A stretch of 64,000 nucleotides of DNA from the human T2T-CHM13v2.0 reference genome, Homo sapiens: assembly GCF_009914755.1 (NCBI RefSeq), contig NC_060929.1; one strand, written 5' to 3'. Of the stretch, positions 52,751 to 64,000 are shown one piece after another. The notes under the pieces were generated by a model. It saw nothing but the letters and a program-made list of their open reading frames with translations, was not told the origin of the DNA and searched no databases. The stretch's first letter is position 1. Every line of letters begins with the position of its first letter. The position numbers and the translations under genes are program-made.

Positions 52751-55700
52751 TGCCGTGAATAATTTTTGGATACGTATTTTTAAATATGATTTTATGTATG
52801 TATGCATACATGATACACAGTGGTGTGTTTGTATCTATTCGAGAGTTGCCACTGTGATTGTATATAATTGAGATTTAAACCACTAATTGTGATTTGTATA
52901 TTACACACTTATGATATATGGTCCATTTTCTATCTTTCTATTCTAATAACAGAGAAAGGGTTTTTATGAAATATAATCAAACATGGCCATTGATATATTT
53001 TTAAACTCTATAATTCAATCATATATATGAACAATTTGATGATGGAAGTAAAGAGATTCAAAGCCCACAGATTTCAATAGTTCATGAACTGTGGTGATTC
53101 AGGCTGACAAAAACCTTTGGAAACATCACATCCTTTAAAGTTGTATAGGCAGAATCAGATTCTTTGCCAAACTGGAGACATCAAAAGGAATGCAAAATAA
53201 GTATGGAATTGGATTAGAAAAAGCAAAGTTTCCATCTATATGACAAGTGTGTTGGGGAGAAATACACCAGTTCATAAGACATGAGCTTAAAACCAGCTTC
53301 AGCCTGTTGAAAGGCTTTATTATCATTTTGTTAATTAAGAAAAATAACTTGGTTTCCAGCTAGGATGAGATTTTTTTTCCCCATTAACATTTTAGGTTAA
53401 ATTTAAGAAGGCTTGTGTAAGACACATACATATCTAAAAGTAGTAAAGAATAATTAGTCATTTGTGTGACTTTTCATGTTACTGACATTCCTGAATATTT
53501 TGTTTCAAAAACTTGATAGACAATAAATAATTTTTATACTGAAATACCAAACATTTTGAAGTAGATTTGAATTAATGGTATGAATTCCCAATAAGATTCT
53601 AATTTGAAAATAATTTTTCAGATTTTGAACTGACAGATAACATAGGCAACTTTAAAATATATACAGAATTACAACCATTAATTCACTATATTTTAAAAGT
53701 CACTGCACTGTAAAATGCATGGTGATAATTCAATCATTATAATAAGTTATAAAGCATAGTGAAGGAATTTTTTTTCTAGGTATGAAAGTATTACATTCAT
53801 ATGTCCATACTGAGAAAAAACATATCTCAATTTAAGTTGAAACTTAGAGGAGAAGAATCTTGAAGAGTTTTAGAATTTAAAAAAGTATTTAGTGTTTGGA
53901 TCAAATCATTTTCTGGTCTAGTTTTATTCTTCAAGTTTCTTGGTTTTGTCAAAGAAAATAAACACCCTGTTATATAGAGCTCTCAAATTATAATGAGAAG
54001 AGTCTTGCTGAGTATAAACTTTACCATTTGCTAGGGCCAGGGAACACTTCTTTCCCAAGTCTGGAAACTTCCCTCATAACAAAGTGGCCATTTGTTCATT
54101 GGTTCTTTTCTGTGGTTACTAAGAAAACGATTGGCCTATGACCTATAGTTTCCTGTTAATATGTCACTTACGATGCAAAATATAAACATAAAAGCTGGTA
54201 CTTAGTGCAGTAATAGACGCCTGGACTTATTGAGTTGAGAATAAACCAGAAAAAAAAACTGCACAATCTTCCTTGGTTATTTCATAATCAGGGAATTTTT
54301 CCTGATACTTAAATTCATAAACCTAAAGAAAAATGACTTTACCAGATGAAAGTAAATCTTAAGCATCAGAAAAAAGATAGTAAATTGATGAGAAATTTAT
54401 CTGGATTTTCAATCTATAATGAACTAAAGAAGCTACTCTGATTAAAAAAACTAAAAAATACATTAATAATTATTGCAGTTCCATTTCTGTTTAGATGTTC
54501 AAATGTTTGCATTATTAAGATTCAGATTTTCACTTCTTGTCATAAATGTAAAGTTAGCAAGAATGTTATTTATTTGCAGGAGAATTCATAGTCCATTGCA
54601 TGAGAAAGGATGATCTTTCCCTTAACATTTGAGCAAAATTACACAATTTATTTGCAGGTGTAAGTATGTTGGACAGCATTCAAATGAGCACTGAATAAAG
54701 CATAGAAACAAGGACAATTAGGTCTTGGATTTTTTGACTAGTTGGTTTAAAAGCAGTTTTCTGTATCATGGAACTTCATTTTAACCATCTGATTTAAGAG
54801 CTTAATAAAACACTAAACTTTGTATAATAAAAACTATATGATACCCTAGAGTTCTTTATTAGGCAATAGCTATGCTCAGGATATTAGTATCTGTGGAGGC
54901 TTTGCAATTTGGTATTTATAATCATGGCTATAATAATAATCATTGAATTTCTGAAAAATTTGATCCTAATAAATTGTGGTTTTAGAAAAAAATTCTGAGG
55001 CTGACTTACTTGCTGTTGGAATGATCAATAGATCCGTATGTTTGTATTTTGAACCCAGAGGATTTTTATCTCCCATATATTAAGCCACTTTCTGAAAGTA
55101 TCTGAAACTACTGTGTAACACTTAATATATCTGGTACTGAGTAATAACCGTTCCTTCTCTTGCCTTAGCTGTTAAGCCCATTTATTTTTAAATAGTTGAG
55201 AGTGACTTAGATATCAAGAACAGAAGCTGTTAAACTGGATTGTCCAAGTTTTGGCATATTTTTGCTTTACTAGTTATCATCTTGGTAACAATAATCATGG
55301 TTTAGACTTGTGTTAGGTATTGTGTACAGTGCCCTGAGAAGCTAAAGCACTTTGCAAAAGTATGATTAAACTTTTGGCTATATAGTACTAAACTAACATA
55401 ATTATTACTAAATATTAACTCCTGATATGATCAAATGAATAAAAATTGTGATTTTGGAAGGGCAAAAACCAAAGTATAGTGCTTTATTAAAACTGTAAAT
55501 GCAGGAAAATTTTTGTTGCCAAAGATATCCTTTCCTGTCGTTTCCTCTCGCATTTTTCAACAGTAATTTTTCAATAGTAATTGTCTTCTTTTTTTTCCCT
55601 GATGCTGAAGAAATTATTGCCTAAGATTAAACAACACTGATTGTTCATTTGAAAGACTTTTTTCTTTCTACAGATCCATCTACCTTTGAGTTTTAATGAG

Positions 55701-57355
55701 TTAAAGATTCCCACGAGGTTTTTGCTGCATTGGAGCTGATTTTGTCTTTGTTTCTTCCAAGAGTTTAAAAACAGTTGGTACAAGTCACATTAACAAAGGC
55801 CCACCTGTACTGAAATTCTCAAATGAAATCTAGCTAGGTTTACTGTTATCATATAGGGCATGCATTAATCAGCATGATCTTTCACTGCCTTGAGAAAGCA
55901 GCCTTCTTTCTCAAAGGTAATAGTCAAGAAAAGAATCATCTGAATGTGCTTCTATAGAAAGACCCTTCTATAAAACCAAAATATTCACAATAAAACTGCA
56001 AATCGTCTCTGTCTTTACTTTAAAAGTAAACTACGGATGGGAATATATGAGAATACTATTTTATTTACAATGAACCTGCTATAACTTGATCAATTGTTCA
56101 CTTCTAAAAATGTTGAAAAGTCTCCATGACTGATAAGGTACTGGCTTCTTTTATTTCCTAATATTCTCTAAAGTATTGGTTACACATATGTGAAACATTC
56201 TTAGTTTATCAAGATACTAGAAGTCTAGCATTACCAGCTGTGAATATATTTTAGATACCTGAGAAAATAGGTACAATGTGCAGAATGACCATTTGACCAT
56301 CTGGGTCCCAGTGTGGTTTCTCTGCAAAGGAAGAAAAATATTGGATCTTGCTGCAGAACGCTAGCAACTCTATTTTCCTTTCTTGTGTATGGGGAAATTT
56401 TGCTGAATGTCAAAAAGAAAAGCAGTCCAATAATACCAAGATGAGAAAAATAATCTCCCCCTCCCCAACTTGTGACAATTTAAAACTATTTGATTAAGAA
56501 GCTCTTTTCAAAAATAAAAATCAATCTGCTCTGGCATCAAATTACCAAATAAGCTTACCTCTTTTCTACTAGTTGACTAAAATAGTTGTAAATACTAATG
56601 TTTTTAAATCCTAAAACAAAATTCTAAACTTTGATCTTAATTGAATATGCTTTATAGAGAAAGGTAAGACTTTTAAAAATTCAAAAATTATTATCATAGG
56701 TAGGTTTTCTTAGTAAACACTTTTAAATTATTTTAACTTGTTACATTTCCTTCTCTTCTAAGGATAATTATGCTCCTTTATACTTAATTATGGAGATCTT
56801 CTTATATGTCATCCTTATCTTTGCCTACAATGTAGGACAACATAAATCTTAGATATCCAATGTTTACTACATTTTATTTTATATGTTTTCAGCAAGTCAG
56901 TTTTAGATATAGAAATATTTCTAAATAAACGCTTTTAATAACCAAATATAATAACTACAATAGGAGCAAGAGGGAATATATGCAAACTATTTGTTTTAAG
57001 TTATCCTATGGTGAAGGTGTCATGATTCTAAAATGATATTTTGATTAACATGTTCAAGTATTTTTCTTCATGTTTTCCTCATCTAAAAGTAAACTTTTTT
57101 GGAGAATCATATATATACATCTATAGACAAATGGCTTTTAAGTTAGGTTAAGAGTGTTCAGCTAAATAGTTAAGTGGTATATAAATATTAATAAAGATTT
57201 TTTTACCAGTTTCAAAATTTTCCTAAAACTCATCTCATTCCTTCCCCTAACCCCTCAAATCAAATACAGACATATAATAGTGGATCATTTGCAAAAGTTC
57301 ACTCTTATAAATATAATAATATTGTTTTCTTATTTCAAGTATAAGAGTCTAAAAG

Positions 57356-57357
57356 TA

Positions 57358-57394
<37 letters not shown>
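57356..57394. repeat. (TA)n followed by poly-T
   Basis: Directly visible. Confidence 0.95.
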
Positions 57395-58603
57395 CAAACA
57401 GTAGAGTAACTAGGCCTTACTGTATTTTCCTTATTTTTAAAGTCACTGAAGGGAGGATAATATTGGTGTCTTCTATTATTTCAAAGATCTCAGCCATTTA
57501 TTATTAATTCATTCATTAATCACACAAGCTTTTATTTAGTAATGAATTCACTTATTACAAAACTTTTAATGAGTATATGAGGCAATGGGAAGCTATTAAA
57601 TTGGTGAATGCGACTATGAAATATGATAAAAATAAATATACACAACTTTAGATTATTCCAAATATTTGAGAGTAGCAAAAACTACATAATGGAAAAAGGC
57701 AAATTAAATAATTAATTCAACTCTGGAGGTTATTTGTTCAAAACTACGGACTCATTACAATGTATGTAATGAGAAATACATAAGAAATATAAGCTATTTT
57801 TATGTTGTCAAGGAAGTTATATAAAGAATTAATATTCAATTGTGAACTGTGAATTTTGGATTCAGGCATTTCTGATAGTAGAAAATTCCCTTCTCAGAGA
57901 GCAACAAAACCAACCTCTAAAGACTTAACCTGGGTCAGGAAGCTTTTGGGTCTGTTTTTCTCAGGAGCCCCTACTCTCAAATACTTCTTGAGTCCTCTTC
58001 ATATTGAAGACAGACTTTTTTTTTCCTCAGGTGAATATACATTTATTGTCTTAAAGCTTCCCTGAAGCAGGTAAATGAGTACTAACATTAAGCTTCAAAG
58101 AATTTCTCTGCATGCAAGCAATTCAGCTGTCAGAAAAGCTATGATTAATGATATTTCATATGAAAATTAATGGAAAATAACTAGATGCAATTAAAAATAC
58201 TAAAGATGAGAGCATTCTTTCTTGAACACTTGAAGAATTACATATGTTTATTGTTACTCAAGGATTAAAATAAAATATTTTGGACAACTTGTTGAGTTAT
58301 GAGTTATGGTTAACAAATCTAATTTTGCCTGAGGGTACTTATTAGGCCTTGTGATGAACCATAATAAATAAGAGGTTTATTTTTGTTAGGAGATTTCTAT
58401 CACTCACAGAGAGAGGGAGAGAGAGATAGAACTGAGACATATGTCGAGGGGACTTGGCTGTGCTTCTTCTGTACAGAACATACTGTACAATTACAAACCA
58501 GGAAACCAGAACTGTGATGTTTCCAAATAGAATGAGAACATACATATGAACCTTTAACTTGCCGTATCATAGAATCAGGTAGAGACTTTCCTAATTGTGA
58601 CTG

Positions 58604-58656
<53 letters not shown>
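58604..58656. repeat. (TA)n(TG)n compound microsatellite
   Basis: Directly visible. Confidence 0.95.
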
Positions 58657-58657
<1 letters not shown>

Positions 58658-59249
58658 GCTTATATTTCAATATCTTTTTAATTTCACTTTCCTTCTTCAT
58701 TTTTAATAGCTGAAAAAAATAGCATCATGACACTCATCTGGGTAAAAACAACAAATGTATTAATTTGATAGTTTTCAAGTCCATCATCCCTTTTCTTGAG
58801 CAGAGAGAAAAAAGTTATATACACCAGAACCTATTGCTGTTTTAAAGAAACATGCACCAGTATTTTTTTAAATGACCCTCAGTATTATCTTCCACTCACT
58901 TTAGTAGTACCTCACATATATCTTTCTGTGTGTTCATTCCAGACACTGAACAGCTTTCTGATGCTTCTGTTACAACAGCAAGTGAATCATAATTCCAAGT
59001 AGATAAGCATCACTGTTCTTAGGTCAGGCCTTTGCATCAACTTGAGTTTGCTTGTTGGAAGCTGTAAATACATGACTGTCCTGTTATGTAACTTCACCTT
59101 TTGTTTTACTGTTATTTGTATGCTTTTATAAAGGTTAAAATATAAAGATAATGCTTTCTAGGGAAGATAAGTAACTTTTCATTGGGCACTCTATTATGGC
59201 TCTAAACATTTATAAACAATCACATTTGTAACAGTGTCGTTTTCTACAC

Positions 59250-60830
59250 ATTATTGAAATAATGGATATTTTAGTATAAAAACATTGAAAATAGAGAAAA
59301 AATAAAGAGGAAATTAAAATAAACAAGTGTTTCCATCCAGAAAAAGTTAGTATTTTGGGACAGTTTTTCAATGAAGTTGTCCATGTTTGCATTTTCTCTC
59401 TTATTTTCATAATATTGAAGTCATATTATATGTGTGTGTACCCTACAGTTTTCACATTGCATCATGAGCATTTTCCATGTTACGGAAAAAAATGAAGATG
59501 CACTAATGATAGCATGATATTACAAGAGGTGAAATATCATAATTTATTTAAACTAGACTCTTTTTCAACATTTTTATTTTACAATTATACTGAGGGTTCA
59601 TGTTTGTAAAATATTGCATATATTGCTGATTTTTGTTCTAATGGATTTTTATTAATACATATTCATAGGGAAAAATTCATAAAGTATAGACAGGTTTAAA
59701 TATGAATAGGTGTTTTCTTCCCATCAGATGCCTGATCTGACTTGCAGACATTTCTACCATTAACAGTTTTTTGTGTATCCTTTCAGAATATTTTAAAAAT
59801 GAGAACATTTTGTATGTGTTGCAGCTTGCTGTTTAAAAAAAAATCTCAGTCTATCTTGGGAATTTTCCACATTTGAATATAAATAAATAGCTTATTTCTA
59901 ATGTTTACATAATATTGCATTTTATGCACAAGCAATGCCATAATATATTTAATTACAGATTGAATATCCCTAATCTGAAATACTTGAGACCAGAAGTGTT
60001 TCAGATTTTGGATTTTTTTTTGGGTTTTGGAATATTTACATATCATAATGAGGTATCTTGGGGATGGGACTCAAGTTTAACACAAAATTTATTCATGTTT
60101 TATATACACCTTAAATATTTAGCCTGAAAGTAATTTTATAAAATATTTTATATAATATTGTACATGAAACAAAGTTTTAACCACATTTTGACTGTAACCT
60201 ATCACATGAGGTTAGGTGTGGAATTTTCTATTGTGGAGTCATGTGGGAACTCAAAAAATTTTGGATTTCAGAGCATTTCAAACACATTTTAGTTGAATTT
60301 CTAGTTTAGTCATGCTCAATCTGTATTTCAGATAATGACTGAAGTTCTTTCTGTTTTTTTTTTCTATTAAACAGTGCTACAAAATGTATTCTAATGCATA
60401 TATGTTTTGCTCTGGTACCAGTGTGTGCAAGATAAATTTCTAAAAATATAAGAAGCTAGATAGACATTTAAGTATATTTAACAGTTTGATAGTTATTTTA
60501 TATTTTGTTCCTGAAACTTTGTATTAATGTACACCTCTGAAACAAGCAGAAAAGTGCCTATTTCCCCACTTTCTATATTTTCCCATCTGACACATATCTA
60601 TTATTTATTTTTTTATATTGCGCTGCTTTAATAATGAGCAGAGCTAAGCATTTATTTTACATTTTATTTAGCATTTTGCTCTTTCTTTTTCTCTCTCTCA
60701 ATTTCCATTCTCTCTCCCTCGTCTCCCTTTCTTTCTTTATTCCTTTCTTCTTTTGTGAAACTTCAGATACTATCTTTTATTCATAAAGCCCTTATTAATT
60801 TATAAGTGCTTTTCATATACATGTACGTGT
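59250..60830 (-). mobile_element. Decayed L1ME 3' fragments, interrupted by Tigger4
   Basis: 'taacagttttttgtgtatcctttcaga', 'aaaagtgcctatttccccac'; boundaries approximate. Confidence 0.5.
59956..60323 (+). mobile_element. Tigger4b/MER46 (Zombi) MITE
   Basis: TIRs cagattgaatatccct / catgctcaatctg flanked by TA TSDs; internal 'gagaccagaagtgtttcagattttgga'. Confidence 0.9.
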
Positions 60831-60949
60831 GTGTATGTGTATATATCGATGTCTGTATATATAAACATATATATATATATATATTTAATTCTATAGGTAT
60901 CTGGGCAAACTCTCTCTTTAAAAACTATTAAATGTCCTGGCAACCATTA

Positions 60950-63175
<2,226 letters not shown>

Positions 63176-63339
63176 TTAAATGTGAGAACTAGAGCTGTAC
63201 ATACAACATAGGTGAATTCCTATTCTACAAACGTTATGTGAAAGAAGCAAAGTACAAACATATTAAATGACATTATTTACATATAGTTCAAAATCAGACA
63301 GAGCGACTCTATATCATTCAGAAACAAACACACACACGA

Positions 63340-64000
<661 letters not shown>

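Noticed and set aside
55655-55790. Strong-looking splice acceptor ttttttctttctacag at ~55673
   Set aside because: No recognisable protein in any frame and no convincing donor; such acceptors are common in AT-rich DNA

Overview
Non-coding, very AT-rich genomic DNA from a human or other catarrhine primate (AluY, AluS and L1PA elements present). It is L1-rich and Alu-poor, like a gene desert or the inside of a very large intron. I could not support any protein-coding exon, RNA gene or CRISPR array: the long ORFs in the track come from L1, Alu or tandem repeats. Roughly half of the window is recognisable transposable-element debris: L1PA and older L1M elements, Alu, MLT1/MLT2 LTRs, Tigger3, Tigger4, MER44, MER30, MER58, MER5, half a MADE1, L2/MIR, and a near-complete ~2.5 kb ancient hAT-Charlie transposon whose transposase motifs are still readable. 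Four things stand out. (1) An ~0.8 kb repeat-free block at ~50.25-51.07 kb is densely packed with octamer, SOX, homeodomain, E-box and PBX-HOX motifs inside a repeat-poor island, and looks like a deeply conserved developmental enhancer. (2) A patchwork rearrangement scar at 29.4-29.9 kb contains an inverted ~94%-identical copy of an MLT1C segment lying ~9.5 kb away; several other fold-back or templated micro-scars lie between 24.6 and 47.4 kb. (3) A multi-variant 33/31-bp minisatellite appears to have grown inside an L1 ORF2. (4) A CpG-retaining fragment at ~13.05 kb resembles an RTE-clade reverse transcriptase. Subfamily names come from memory of consensus sequences and were not computed.
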